Positions 18,130-29,600 of a stretch of DNA of 64,000 nucleotides are shown here, in pieces; within the stretch, counting starts at the first letter, position 1; each line of letters begins with the position of its first letter. The stretch covers positions 1-64,000 of IMG/VR virus record IMGVR_UViG_3300020042_012680; one strand, 5' to 3'. The position numbers were made by a program, and so were the translations under genes. Source of the stretch: a virus (taxonomy: Duplodnaviria; Caudoviricetes). Below the pieces are notes generated by a model. The model did no database searches. It was not told the origin of the DNA and saw only the letters and a program-made list of their open reading frames with translations.

Positions 18130-18939
18130 TTATAAACTGCCGCTCAATATATATGTATCAAAGCTTAATGTCAATTTAGCATCATTATTTATTGAGTACG
18201 ATAATTGAGTATTATTATTAATTAAATTAGCCAAATTTATCTTTAACAAAGACTCATTAGTATTATATTTTCTAAAATTAACACTAAAGTCTCTACTTGA
18301 TATAGATTTAAATATATTAGTTACTTTTTCTTGATCATAATCACTCATTGAAAATTGAAAATTTAAACTTATATTTATAGGATATTTAATTATAACAGCA
18401 TCTGGTAAATAATTACCAATAGTGTAGACTGGAATTCTATTTATATTTATATTTAATCCGAATGATTCTAACCTATTAGAGTTGGCTTCATTTAAATCTA
18501 GGTCAACGTAGCAACTATCACCTATATCAAAATTATTTATTGGTTTTGGATTAAAATTAAAAGTTCCAGAGGTGTTTCCTAATTCTCCTAATAATAAAGT
18601 TCTTACGTTGACTTTTGGGTATTCGTTTAATCTATATTCTATGGAATAATTATTTAAATATCCGCTAGAAAATGTAAAAAATTTATTTCCATATTCGATT
18701 TTTCCAGAAAAGGAATTATTGCCTGTATAGGATATAAAAGGGTCATTCGAACTCAAAATGTAATTTAAATCCAAATTACTTATAATTGGAGCAGAAACGG
18801 AGTAATTGATGTCATTGCTATCTATAGATAGATAAGGATTAATATTATTACCGTAAGATATACTTAAGTCTTCAATTCCAGAAATAAGAGAGTTATTTAA
18901 ATAAAAGTTTTGGTTTTCTACAGAATATACGTTAAACAT
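18130..18939 (-). CDS. Tail tube-like protein (minor paralog)
   Basis: RIPVYTIGNYLP...YPINISLNF parallels RTPIQRLGNKFA...FPLTVSLSV of 35313..36461. Confidence 0.6.
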   Translation of the reverse strand: MFNVYSVENQNFYLNNSLISGIEDLSISYGNNINPYLSIDSNDINYSVSAPIISNLDLNYILSSNDPFISYTGNNSFSGKIEYGNKFFTFSSGYLNNYSIEYRLNEYPKVNVRTLLLGELGNTSGTFNFNPKPINNFDIGDSCYVDLDLNEANSNRLESFGLNININRIPVYTIGNYLPDAVIIKYPINISLNFQFSMSDYDQEKVTNIFKSISSRDFSVNFRKYNTNESLLKINLANLINNNTQLSYSINNDAKLTLSFDTYILSGSL

Positions 18940-18948
18940 TAAACATGA

Positions 18949-18970
18949 TTACACTATATTTTAAGTGTAA
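18949..18970. promoter_or_regulatory. Divergent pair of GTGTAA late motifs
   Basis: TTACAC 18949-18954 and GTGTAA 18965-18970 between divergent genes. Confidence 0.7.
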
Positions 18971-18991
18971 ATTATTAGAGGTAAAAGGTAT

Positions 18992-19534
18992 ATGGCAAGT
19001 ATTTACGATACAGTTTCTAACTGGAGCAATGGAACTACTTATAAAAAGTATGATATTGTGAAAGGTAGTGATAATCGTTTCTATTATTCAACTAAAGATT
19101 CTAATACGTCTAATAACCCTATAACCCCTGCAAATCTCCAGGTTCATTGGGATGGATATATTTCTTTGAACGGAATTTTAGTCCCTAATTTTTGGTGGAA
19201 ACCATCATATAATGCATCGATAGAAATTAGCCCTGAAATTATAGTTTCTCAATTTGGAAACGGGTATCAGCAAAGAATTTCTGACGGAATAAACTCAGCT
19301 CTTGCAAAATTTACTTTAAATTTTGAAGGCAGATCTGAAAATGAAACAGTTTCAATCTTGCATTTTTTAAAAGAAAGAGCAGCCGTAGAGTCTTTTATTT
19401 ATAATCCTCCAACCATATATAAAAAATCAAATAATAAACTTGACACAAGATATGTTTCTATAAATTGGACGGCTTCATATGTATCATACGATATGTACGT
19501 TGTTCAAACTACCATTCTAGAAGTACCTGTTTAA
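18992..19534 (+). CDS. Minor tail protein, lambda gpM-like
   Basis: QFGNGYQQRISDGIN...FTLNF..R...ILHFLKER..ESFIYNPP. Confidence 0.85.
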   Translation: MASIYDTVSNWSNGTTYKKYDIVKGSDNRFYYSTKDSNTSNNPITPANLQVHWDGYISLNGILVPNFWWKPSYNASIEISPEIIVSQFGNGYQQRISDGINSALAKFTLNFEGRSENETVSILHFLKERAAVESFIYNPPTIYKKSNNKLDTRYVSINWTASYVSYDMYVVQTTILEVPV

Positions 19535-19539
19535 TAAAT

Positions 19540-20943
19540 ATGAACACATCTTCTGAAATATATAATTTGATCGTAAGTGGAAGTAAAGACATAAACTCCA
19601 ACCTAACTTCTTTAACACCATCGACACCAATAAACTTTTATGAGATAGACCTTTCAGAAATATCACCAAACTTAAAAAACTTTAATAATACGGGAGAGCA
19701 GCCGTTAAATGGAGGAGTATTAAGGTTATATAATGAATATTTCTTATATAACATTAGCAATAACCCATCCGCTGCCATAAAATGGAAAAATAATTTTTAT
19801 TATCCATTTCCAATAGTAGCAGATGGATTTGATTATACAAGCGCAGGTACTCTTCCAACACCTAGGCTTGCCATGGGTAACTTTAGTCCAGATAAATCTT
19901 TAAACTCTTTTTATAAATACATTAGAATGCAAATTGAATCTTTAGGCGATATAGTCGGGGCAAAGTTCACGAGAATAAAAACTTTTGTTAAATATCTAAA
20001 AGGTGAAAATTTTCAAGGAGGAACGAATATATTCAATACTCAATCTAGCATATATGAAGTTGAGCTACCAAAAGAAATCTATTATATAGACAGAAAAACT
20101 ATAGAAAATAAAGTCATGGTAGAGTATCAATTAGCTTCTATACTCGACATAGAAAACGTAGTTCTTCCAGCTAGGACGATACTAGCAAAAAAATGTAACT
20201 TTCAATACAGAGGAGAAAATTGTTGCTATGAATACAATTCAAGACTAACAGAAAAACATAGTGGCTGTTACGCTGGTATTGAAAATAATTACGCTACAAT
20301 TCGCGGTTTACAATCTGCACCTCCAGTAGCAACAGAAAATGACCAATTATTTATTGGAGGTATTTTTTCTGAAGGGCCAGCCGCAGTATCAGCTGCAGCC
20401 AGAATTACTGGCGGGTTAGGTAATTCTGGAGTCTGGCAAAATACCGCTAATTACGTTTCTGGAGATTTTGTTTTTATTGAAAAAAATAAATTAAAATATT
20501 ATTTTGTTTGTATTAATAATCATCATGCAGACGAGTTTAATTACCCACCAAACACTAACTATTGGACTTCAGATACATGTGCAAAAAATATAAATTCTTG
20601 CAGACTAAGATGGTTAAAGAATCCAGCATTTAGACCTGTAATTTGGCCTACAGATAGAAATGGAGAAACTTACGATCAAACAATTAGTAGAATCTTTGCT
20701 CAACAAAGAGCTAACTCAACAATCTATGCAGCAAAACCTGGAGCAGTACAATATACTGCAAACGAAGTTAATTCTCAATGGTTAACGGGAATAAATGGAG
20801 CTCCAGTTTATTTTCCTAGAAGGCCAGGAGCAGAAAATCCAACATCTGAACAAGCGCATGGTATTCCCAAAGATTATCAAGGTAATTACTTAAATGGGCA
20901 TTTACCTTTCGGTGGATTTCCTGGTGCAGGAAAACCGTCATGA
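19540..20943 (+). CDS. Minor tail protein, lambda gpL-like
   Basis: YYPFPIVADGFD...GTLPTP, GAKFTRIKTF, CNFQYRGENC, C.K.INSCRLR, FGGFPG; start moved to the ATG at 19540. Confidence 0.9.
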   Translation: MNTSSEIYNLIVSGSKDINSNLTSLTPSTPINFYEIDLSEISPNLKNFNNTGEQPLNGGVLRLYNEYFLYNISNNPSAAIKWKNNFYYPFPIVADGFDYTSAGTLPTPRLAMGNFSPDKSLNSFYKYIRMQIESLGDIVGAKFTRIKTFVKYLKGENFQGGTNIFNTQSSIYEVELPKEIYYIDRKTIENKVMVEYQLASILDIENVVLPARTILAKKCNFQYRGENCCYEYNSRLTEKHSGCYAGIENNYATIRGLQSAPPVATENDQLFIGGIFSEGPAAVSAAARITGGLGNSGVWQNTANYVSGDFVFIEKNKLKYYFVCINNHHADEFNYPPNTNYWTSDTCAKNINSCRLRWLKNPAFRPVIWPTDRNGETYDQTISRIFAQQRANSTIYAAKPGAVQYTANEVNSQWLTGINGAPVYFPRRPGAENPTSEQAHGIPKDYQGNYLNGHLPFGGFPGAGKPS

Positions 20944-21287
20944 TAACCAACGAAATACTCAATTTTATTAAAAATAAATCTTTGACAGATTTACCTAATG
21001 AGACATGCGGATTTGTCATAGAAAATAACAATGAAAATTTATGTATTCCAGTAAAAAATATATCTTCTCAACCTAAAGAAGCTTTTAAAATTGATGCGCT
21101 GGATTTTTTAAAAATAAAAAATAAATATAAAAAAATACAATATATCTATCATAGTCATCCAGGTGAAATTAAAAACTTTTCTAAATTAGATATACAAATT
21201 TCTAATGCAATTTTAATACCTTTTGTATTATATTGTGTTGGTTTGGACGAATTTAATTTTTATTATCCAGGAGAAATATATGATTAG
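20940..21287 (+). CDS. JAB/MPN domain tail assembly protein, gpK-like
   Basis: ETCG...HSHP-x6-SxxD (intact JAMM motif). Confidence 0.85.
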   Translation: MITNEILNFIKNKSLTDLPNETCGFVIENNNENLCIPVKNISSQPKEAFKIDALDFLKIKNKYKKIQYIYHSHPGEIKNFSKLDIQISNAILIPFVLYCVGLDEFNFYYPGEIYD

Positions 21288-22047
21288 AGTAAATATTCAT
21301 GGTAAATTAGGTCAAGAAATTGGAGAATTTTGGGATTTAGATGTTGTTAGTGTTTCTGAAGCTCTTAGAGCAATAGAAGCAAATACAGGTAAATTGAGAA
21401 AATTTCTTTTAGAAAATAAAGAAGTGTTTGAATACGAAATTTTAATTAATAAAGAAAATCTATTTAGTGAAGTACCTAAATTTGAAACTATTGAAGATTT
21501 TAAAAATTCAGAATTTTTCTTAGACATATCAGAAAAAGTAGACACAATAGATATTATACCAGAAATTATTGGTAGCAGTTTTTGGAAAAGAGCAGCTGGG
21601 ATTTTTCTGGGTGCTGTTTCGGTTGCGGCAGCAATATTTATACCTTTTGTTGCTCCTGTCTTAGCTTTTGCTGCACCTGCACTCTTATTTGCTGGAATTG
21701 GTTTAATTGCGGCTGGAGTAAGTTCATTACTATCTAAACCTCCGCCAAACGTACCTTTTACTGCTCAACAAGCCGATGCTATAGATGGTAGCGCTGGTGG
21801 ACCAAGTTCTTATCTATTTAATGGTCCCAACAATACTGTTGGAGAGGGTGGGCCAGTCCCAGTTGGATACGGTGAACTTATAATTGGCGGGCATAATATT
21901 ATGAGTAATTTTAGTTATAATGTGAATGCATCAAAATCAAGCGTCGATTCAAAGACAAAACAAGTATCTCTATACGCAACTCCAGCATATATTTTTAATA
22001 ACAGAGGGTTCTTAATAAATCAAGGCCCTAGTACGACGGAAGTATAA
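21280..22047 (+). CDS. Tail assembly protein, lambda gpI-like
   Basis: IHGKLGQEIG...SEALRAI, hydrophobic Gly/Ala stretch, SYLFNGPNNTVGEGGPVPVGYGELIIG; start at the ATG at 21280. Confidence 0.9.
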   Translation: MIRVNIHGKLGQEIGEFWDLDVVSVSEALRAIEANTGKLRKFLLENKEVFEYEILINKENLFSEVPKFETIEDFKNSEFFLDISEKVDTIDIIPEIIGSSFWKRAAGIFLGAVSVAAAIFIPFVAPVLAFAAPALLFAGIGLIAAGVSSLLSKPPPNVPFTAQQADAIDGSAGGPSSYLFNGPNNTVGEGGPVPVGYGELIIGGHNIMSNFSYNVNASKSSVDSKTKQVSLYATPAYIFNNRGFLINQGPSTTEV

Positions 22048-22052
22048 TCTTT

Positions 22053-25000
22053 ATGGCAAATAGCCCTAATAAATATGCAGAAGGTTTTAGGAATATATTA
22101 AATACATTTAATATAGGGTTTACTTACTGTGGCTATAATTTTCCAGAAAGCACTGCTCAAGACAGACCAGGCGCATTAGCATTTTCATTTCAAGGAGGAG
22201 ATTCTTCAAGTATACCGTATTCTACTTCGAAAACCAGAGGCTATGGTTATGGACCAAGCGGATTTGATGCCTATTGGACGACTATAAGAACATTAAACGA
22301 TGCAGACATATTCAGATTTCAAGAAAATGGTGGAAACAATGGACCAGGATTTACAGCATCAGCTATATCTCCAAGTTCTCCAAATTTAAAAACAATTTTT
22401 CAAGAAAGTCCACCTGCTAGCGCCACTGTAAACAATCAGAGATCTTTTACATCGGTCAATACTATCGCTACCGCAGACCTTGTCTGCGAAGGCCCAATTG
22501 AAGGTTTTGTCACAGGGCAATATTCCTATGGATTTGAAAATAAAACAACTGGAAGTATAGGTTATTCAAGTGCAACTTTTACACCATTTTCTAATTTAAA
22601 TTCTAGCTTAGAATCTCCATCAATATATTGGAATAATACTCCTGTAGCAGATATCAGGGGATTTTCTAATTTTCAATATGTTAATTATAGATACACGTAT
22701 GGAGAAAATAATAACGAACACACAGTATTTAATCCTAAAATATATTTATATGAAGATAGATACGATTATTATGGTTCGCAAGTTGATAAATTTAAAATTC
22801 CTTTAGAAACAACCACGACAAGATCAATTGGAGAGAGACTGTATGGAGCATATCTCTCAAATACAGACACAAAAATAAGGTATCCCAAAACATATTATAT
22901 ATATAACACAGACTTAAGTGCAATAGAAGTGAATATAAAAGTTTTGGCTTTATTTGAACAAATTTTAGACGGAACAGAAACAGCAGGGGATGTAGAATAT
23001 CAAGATGTAGAAGTAGAGATCCAAGTTTCTAGAGTTTTAAATGACAATACTTTAGTGGCGTTAGATACATCTAAATATTCTCCACACACCTCTTCAGCTT
23101 ATTCTAATGATTTAGTTTATGTAGAGGGAAAAATCCAATCCTCTCCAAATGTATTTACATATCATATAAATTTAAGACCATACGCAGAAAATTTTCCAAA
23201 CTTTAGATTATTTGATAATCAAATTGGTTGGGCAGTTACATTAACAAAAAATACTTTAGAAGGTGGAGGAAGCACGCTTCAAACAACGACACAAATAGAT
23301 TCTATATCAGAAATATATTCTGATCGATTTGTTCATCCAGGTTGCGCAATAGTATATTCTAGATTTGACGCAAGATATTTTGGTTCAATTCCAGAGAGAT
23401 CTTATAATCTTCGTTTACTAAAAGTAAAGATTCCTATAAACTATAACCCTATTACAAAAACGTATGATGGCGCTTGGAATGGAAAATTTAAATTAGCTTG
23501 GACAGATAATCCAGCTTGGTGCTTTTACGATATGATTACAAACAATAGATATGGTCTTGGGAAATATATCGATAAAGATCTTACAGACAAATGGACTTTA
23601 TATGAAATTTCTAAATATTGCGATGAACTCGTATCAAATGGAATCGGAGGCTTAGAGCCAAGATTTACTTGTAATTTATATATAAACACTAGAGAAGAAG
23701 CTTACAAAATTTTAAATGATATGGCTAGTATTTTTCGGGGTATTATATACTATTCAGCTGGTCAAATATTAACATCGCAAGATTCTCCAAAAAAACCAAT
23801 ATATATTTTTAATAATAGTAATGTAATAGGTGGCGAATTTATTTATTCAGACGCTTCAAGAAGAGCAAGAAGTACCACGGTATTAGTAAGGTATAATGAT
23901 AAGAATGATAATTATAAACCTGCAATTGAATATGTTGAAGACAGACAAGGAATATTGAAACACGGAATCAGAGAAAAAGAAATCAGCGCGTTTGGATGCA
24001 CATCGAAAACTCAAGCAAGAAGAATAGGCAAATGGTTGTTAGTTACTGATAACGAAGATACAGAAATGGTAGATTTCAGAGTAGGGCTCGAAGGGTATTA
24101 TATAAAACCTGGAGATGTAATCTCTGTGTATGATCAAAATAGAAGAAACAAAATATACGCAGGTAGAACATTAGAGTTAAGCGCAAATCACGCCGTTTTA
24201 GATTTAGATTATAATCAATATAATTTAAATATTTTAACTGGAATTAATGAATCTTTTAAATTTCAAATTGTAACCCCTACTTATAATTTACAAATGGGCA
24301 CGGACCTAGCAAATCTATATTCTACAGGATTTTCAGATATTAAATCTGATGGAATAAGTGGTATTAATAGTGAATTTATAAAACGCCCTCATATTCAAGA
24401 TATAAATATAAATAATGCATCGAGCTTTTTAACAAGTGGGTCTGGAATTTATAAAGATTACATAAGATTAAACTTACCACAACCTTTAGATTCAATTAAT
24501 TATAATCTATTAAATAATACTAATTGGATTATAGAAATTAATCAATCAAGTTTTAATGGAATTTTAAATGCTCGATCCGAGATTAATAATCCATCACTTA
24601 GCGTCTATCCAGGATATTATCTAGAGCCATTTTTAGATAAACCTCAAAAATATAGAGTTTTATCGATCAAAGAAAATGAAAATAACAACTTTAGTATTTC
24701 TGCATTGATGTATAATGAACAAAAATATTTTAACATTGATAATTCGGCTACTTTAATAGATAAACCAATAAAACCAGAAGTACCTCCACCACCAAACTTA
24801 TTTTTAACTGGTTTATTTAGAGATCTACCCAGATCAGGATACGGTGGCAATAATTACGCTCCAACAGGTACCCCAAGTATTCCTTATAAAGAAAATCAAA
24901 GTGGGATAAACAGTATTATATATCAAATTTTACCAACAGGAGATACAGAATATGCGTCTCTATATACCGTATATGTAAAATCTGGTAATTTTGATGGAGA

Positions 25001-25253
25001 TGGAATAGACAATCAATTTTTAGAAAAGACCCTCTCGCTTACGGAAGTATTACAAAATGGATTAAACGGCACAGACTGGGAAAATGGTACTATACCTCCG
25101 TTTGTTACCCCACTTTATACGGGTGTATACTCCTTTAGAGTATATGCTTCAAACTTCTTGAATGAGAGATCTAGTTATGTAGAAAAGAAGTTTAATTTTA
25201 TAAACCAAGCTCCATTAGATAGCGTCACGATATCTGGAGTAAATTTATTATAA
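22053..25253 (+). CDS. Tail tip/host-specificity protein, lambda gpJ-like
   Basis: LVCEGPIEG, WTDNPAWCFYDMITNNRYGLG, EPRFTCN, FGCTSKTQARRIGKWLL. Confidence 0.93.
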   Translation: MANSPNKYAEGFRNILNTFNIGFTYCGYNFPESTAQDRPGALAFSFQGGDSSSIPYSTSKTRGYGYGPSGFDAYWTTIRTLNDADIFRFQENGGNNGPGFTASAISPSSPNLKTIFQESPPASATVNNQRSFTSVNTIATADLVCEGPIEGFVTGQYSYGFENKTTGSIGYSSATFTPFSNLNSSLESPSIYWNNTPVADIRGFSNFQYVNYRYTYGENNNEHTVFNPKIYLYEDRYDYYGSQVDKFKIPLETTTTRSIGERLYGAYLSNTDTKIRYPKTYYIYNTDLSAIEVNIKVLALFEQILDGTETAGDVEYQDVEVEIQVSRVLNDNTLVALDTSKYSPHTSSAYSNDLVYVEGKIQSSPNVFTYHINLRPYAENFPNFRLFDNQIGWAVTLTKNTLEGGGSTLQTTTQIDSISEIYSDRFVHPGCAIVYSRFDARYFGSIPERSYNLRLLKVKIPINYNPITKTYDGAWNGKFKLAWTDNPAWCFYDMITNNRYGLGKYIDKDLTDKWTLYEISKYCDELVSNGIGGLEPRFTCNLYINTREEAYKILNDMASIFRGIIYYSAGQILTSQDSPKKPIYIFNNSNVIGGEFIYSDASRRARSTTVLVRYNDKNDNYKPAIEYVEDRQGILKHGIREKEISAFGCTSKTQARRIGKWLLVTDNEDTEMVDFRVGLEGYYIKPGDVISVYDQNRRNKIYAGRTLELSANHAVLDLDYNQYNLNILTGINESFKFQIVTPTYNLQMGTDLANLYSTGFSDIKSDGISGINSEFIKRPHIQDININNASSFLTSGSGIYKDYIRLNLPQPLDSINYNLLNNTNWIIEINQSSFNGILNARSEINNPSLSVYPGYYLEPFLDKPQKYRVLSIKENENNNFSISALMYNEQKYFNIDNSATLIDKPIKPEVPPPPNLFLTGLFRDLPRSGYGGNNYAPTGTPSIPYKENQSGINSIIYQILPTGDTEYASLYTVYVKSGNFDGDGIDNQFLEKTLSLTEVLQNGLNGTDWENGTIPPFVTPLYTGVYSFRVYASNFLNERSSYVEKKFNFINQAPLDSVTISGVNLL

Positions 25254-25257
25254 TAAA

Positions 25258-26664
25258 ATGAAAAATAACAATATTAATATAAAACTTGAATGGAAGACCA
25301 TATTAAATTCTTTAGGTACTTCATCAAAGATTAGTGTTCCTCCGTCTTTTAGCGTAACTTTGAAAGATAAAGATTTAATTATTGATAAGTTTTTAAATTT
25401 AAATAATCATATGATCGCAAACGACAAAACTTTTTCTTCAGAAAATAACTCTAAAAAACTTAAATATGATCGGAGTGAGGATAGGAATAAAGTTAATTCA
25501 AGTTTTGACTATCTTTTCGAAAATAATTTTAATAAATACAAAGAAAATAATAAAAAAATTGGTTTTTATAAAAATATAAACTTTAATGTGGCGTATGATA
25601 ATCAGGACAAACAGCATTTTAATTTAGATGTTGAATATGAAATGTTAGAAGACATAGATAAAAATATTTTATTTAATAAAATATATAGAAGCGATGACTT
25701 TTTGAGTATAAAAATCTTATCAAATAAAGAATACGTAGAATCAAAAGGAATATATTCATATTTAATATTATCAACCTTATCTAATCATGTAGAAAAAAAT
25801 CTTCAACTTAAAAATTTATTTATCGAAAATGTTGCTTCAAAATGGTTGGATAATAATAATTTTACTACTTTACTTACAGTTCCTTTTATAGAATCTAATA
25901 TAGTCGAAATATCAGAGAATATAAATATTAAAATTTTACCTCTAAAAAAATGGCAATCAGAAATGTATAAATTTCTAAAAGATAGAGAAAAAGAAGAAGA
26001 TATAAACGCTTTTTTAACAGAAAATTTTGAAAAACAAATTATAAATATTGGAAAAATATACAAACAATCAATAAATTACGAAACATTAATATTTTTTCAA
26101 AATTATTTATACTTATTTAACGAAGAAAGTTTAAGCAGTTCTATTCATAAGATACAGGTTGGAGATGTTAATTTTGAGAATTATTATCCAATTTTGAATA
26201 AAAATCTTAAAGATAAAATGATTTGTTTGTCAGAAGATCTAAATTCTGATGACGTAATAGATAATAGCTATAACATAAAAAAAGATTATCTTGGATACTA
26301 TAATCAAAGTCAAACTAAATATGTAGATATTAATATGGATTTAGATTATTTTCAATCTAGAAATATTAAAGACGTTAAAATTTTAGAAATTAAAGAAAAT
26401 GAAACAGAATGTTTCTTGTACATAGAATTTATTACAAATTTTTTTGAAAAAGAAAAATTTTATGTTGAATCGAGCCCAAATTTAAAATATATAGAAAAAT
26501 ACAAAACTCTTTTAAACGATAGAGAATATATTACTTTTCTTTTTGAATATAAATATTCGTTAGAAAAATTAAAAAATTTTTTATCTTTAAATCAAAATTT
26601 ACAAAAAAATCAAATTTTATCTGAAAAAGATTTAATAAATTTTTCTGCAAAATTTATAATTTAA
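25258..26664 (+). CDS. Hypothetical Asn/Lys/Ile-rich protein
   Basis: 468 aa uninterrupted ORF directly after gpJ. Confidence 0.7.
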   Translation: MKNNNINIKLEWKTILNSLGTSSKISVPPSFSVTLKDKDLIIDKFLNLNNHMIANDKTFSSENNSKKLKYDRSEDRNKVNSSFDYLFENNFNKYKENNKKIGFYKNINFNVAYDNQDKQHFNLDVEYEMLEDIDKNILFNKIYRSDDFLSIKILSNKEYVESKGIYSYLILSTLSNHVEKNLQLKNLFIENVASKWLDNNNFTTLLTVPFIESNIVEISENINIKILPLKKWQSEMYKFLKDREKEEDINAFLTENFEKQIINIGKIYKQSINYETLIFFQNYLYLFNEESLSSSIHKIQVGDVNFENYYPILNKNLKDKMICLSEDLNSDDVIDNSYNIKKDYLGYYNQSQTKYVDINMDLDYFQSRNIKDVKILEIKENETECFLYIEFITNFFEKEKFYVESSPNLKYIEKYKTLLNDREYITFLFEYKYSLEKLKNFLSLNQNLQKNQILSEKDLINFSAKFII

Positions 26665-26666
26665 CT

Positions 26667-29600
26667 TTATCTTTTCTTGTATATACTGCTACTCAGCATT
26701 CCACCAGGTCTTTGTTGCTCTGTTAATACTCGAATTACTTGACCTTTTATTTTTTCTGCAAGGTCTTTATTTTTAACTGTTTCTTCTTTTGCATCCTCTT
26801 CTGATGCCGAACTATTTTGATTTTGAGATACGACTTGTGATTGTTCTTTTGCTACATTAACAGTTATATTAATGTTATTTACAGGCGAGTAGGCTGAAGT
26901 ATTTGATGCTGGAACTGAAGAGGGAGAAGAAGATAAATTTCCAACAGGACCTCCTTCAGCAAATTTTTTAATCCTGCCCCTGTTGAGATCATCAAAAAAT
27001 TGCTTGCCATACATGTTTACAATATCTTTTTTTATTACAAATTCTCCAGCCATAAGTAAGGCGGGTATATCATCTACATTTGACCCTCCTGCTGCAAATT
27101 TTTTAATTTGTCCTCCGCTAGCCTTACCTAATTTTAATCTTCCTCTTGCATCAGGCGGATAATTCCGATCAAAGCCACCATACGGTTGACGCAAGCGCAT
27201 GTTTGGAGTAGAAGATTTACCAAAGAAAGAGTCTTTGCCACCAGGCATAAATCCTGGAGCAAAAGCACCTGCTACTCCTAAACCAAATCCTACAAGCGCT
27301 CCTGTTTGCTTCTGATTTTGTTGGCGATTATAATTGTCTCTGATTTCTTTGTTTAATCTTTGGTTTTCTTTATAAGCTTCTTCATTTCTTTCCTTTAAAT
27401 CTTTTAAATATATTAAATAATTAAATAAAGTCGTTTCTCTTTCTTTTCTTATTGCATTTTGAGGATTATCTTCATCTAAAATAGCTAGAAGACTTAGATT
27501 TTCACTTATTACAGATTCTCCACCAGTTGGGTAAAGAGGATCATTATATTTATAGAAATTTTTTCCTAAAAATCCTACTTCTCCTCCACCAGCAAATTTT
27601 TCGTATTCGCGCGGGTTTACTCGTCCTGATTGTCCAGGGGCTACTTGCATAGATTGTTGGCTTGTACCCCTCATAGATTTTTGACCTATAGGGAAGCCAA
27701 ACGCTGGAGCTATATTTGTAAGCATAGAAGCAGCTCCTGGGTTTGTTTTTGCGCCTTGAGCAAGTGCTGCTATAGTTAGACCAAGAGCTCCTCCCAAAAA
27801 GCGTTTTTCAACTTTTCCTTCATTTAGCATTTGTAAATATTCTGGACCATATTTTTTAACTGCACTTTTTCTTATAACATATTCTCCACCACTTAACATA
27901 GCTGGAACATCATCCTTTGTGCCTGATCCACCAGTTACATTACCACCAGACGAATAACCTTTTATGATTCCGCCCTTTGATTTGGATAGACCGCTTAAAA
28001 AATCTCCGATTGCACCACCGATTCCACTAGTGCTACCTAGTGAACCAAAAATTTGATTTGTTGCAAATTCTAATGCTAATTGTTGTATTCTATTACTTAT
28101 ATTAAGAGCCATTTTTGTAAAAGCGTCACTAGCGGTTTCTGTTCCATCAGCAAAAGATAAGAAGGCATTATTAAATTCACTTTTAATTGTTCTTGCTGTA
28201 TCTGCTGCTCCAAGTTGAGCTTGTCTATATGAATCTTCTGTTCTAAAATCAAATTCATCAAAAAATGCAGCAGGAATATCTTCTAGTTTTGCGTCTCCAC
28301 CTAATATTCTTTTTTCTCTTCCAGCTTGTCTTGCTCCTTTAAAATCTTCAGCAAACATTAAACCTCGCGCTCTTTGATTTAAAGCTACAAGTTCTTCTTG
28401 ACCACCTTGAACAGCTAAAATAAATTTATCTAAATCTATAACACCTTTTTTCTGTAAATTATTAGTTTGCTCTATGAATTTAGCGTTAACTTTTCTTCGT
28501 TCTGTTTCATTTAATATAGATGAATATATTTGTTGTTGAGCGTCTAAAACTCTTCCAGTAGCAATACGATTAGCATTCAAACTCATGTCTTTATCTAAAA
28601 CTTCTTTGCTGTATTCTTCTAGAGATTTTACGTTTATATTCTTTCGGAAAGCGTCGGCTGAAGCTGGATTTGAAGAAACATCACCTGCAAGCCCTGCTCT
28701 TCTTAAAAGATCTTCTCTCGTGTATTTAAGCAGTACTTCAAGTCCTTTATCTGTCTTTTTAACCGTAAGACCAAGTAGACCTAAAGCTTGATTTAAAGCT
28801 TGCGCTTGTGTGCTTGTTTCATCAAACGGGAGACCTCTTAATGGTTGTATTATAGAATCTATAGTATTTTGACTAATTTCTGCATCTTTAAAAAGTTGCT
28901 CAATTGAATTGATTACTATATTTTGACTTTTTTCTTCAAATTCTTTTTGTTTTTGTTTAAATACATCTGGCGCAACAATGCTCTTTAATCGATTTAATTC
29001 TTTCTTATCTATTTCTTGCTTCTGCAAAACGAAGTTGGGGTAGTTTGTAGACTTAGCGTAAGCTCTATCCCCATCCATGTTAGTTCTGTATCCAAATCTT
29101 TTTTCTACAGCATCTGTAAGATCTCTGTTTGATACGTTTATACCTTCTTTCCCTAAACTTTCATTTAAATTTTTTTGAAAATTTTCAAGTATCCTAGGGT
29201 TATTCATTACTGAGCCAGCTAAAGATATACCTCTTTCATTTTGCACGCCTAATATGGAAGAAACTAGTTTACTAGATTCTGCTTGACTTACTTTTTTATC
29301 AGAAGTAATTTCAAGTACATTTGCTAGGTTTTGTGTATTTGCGCTTTGTACCTGCAAAGCGGTCTGCACTTGACTTAATCCTTCTGCAATTTTTTCAAAA
29401 TCTCCAGTAGATAATGTATTCGCAAGGCTTTCTCTAAGATTATCTGGAGTATTAAGAAGTATTTTTGATAATTGTTCATTATTTTGTGACAGAATTTTTT
29501 GTTTTTCTCCCAAAGAAATATTTTCATCTTTTAATTTTTCTAAATTCGAACTGTAAGAGGAGAACGCAGAATTAAACTCTTCAATTTTGTCTTTATTCTC

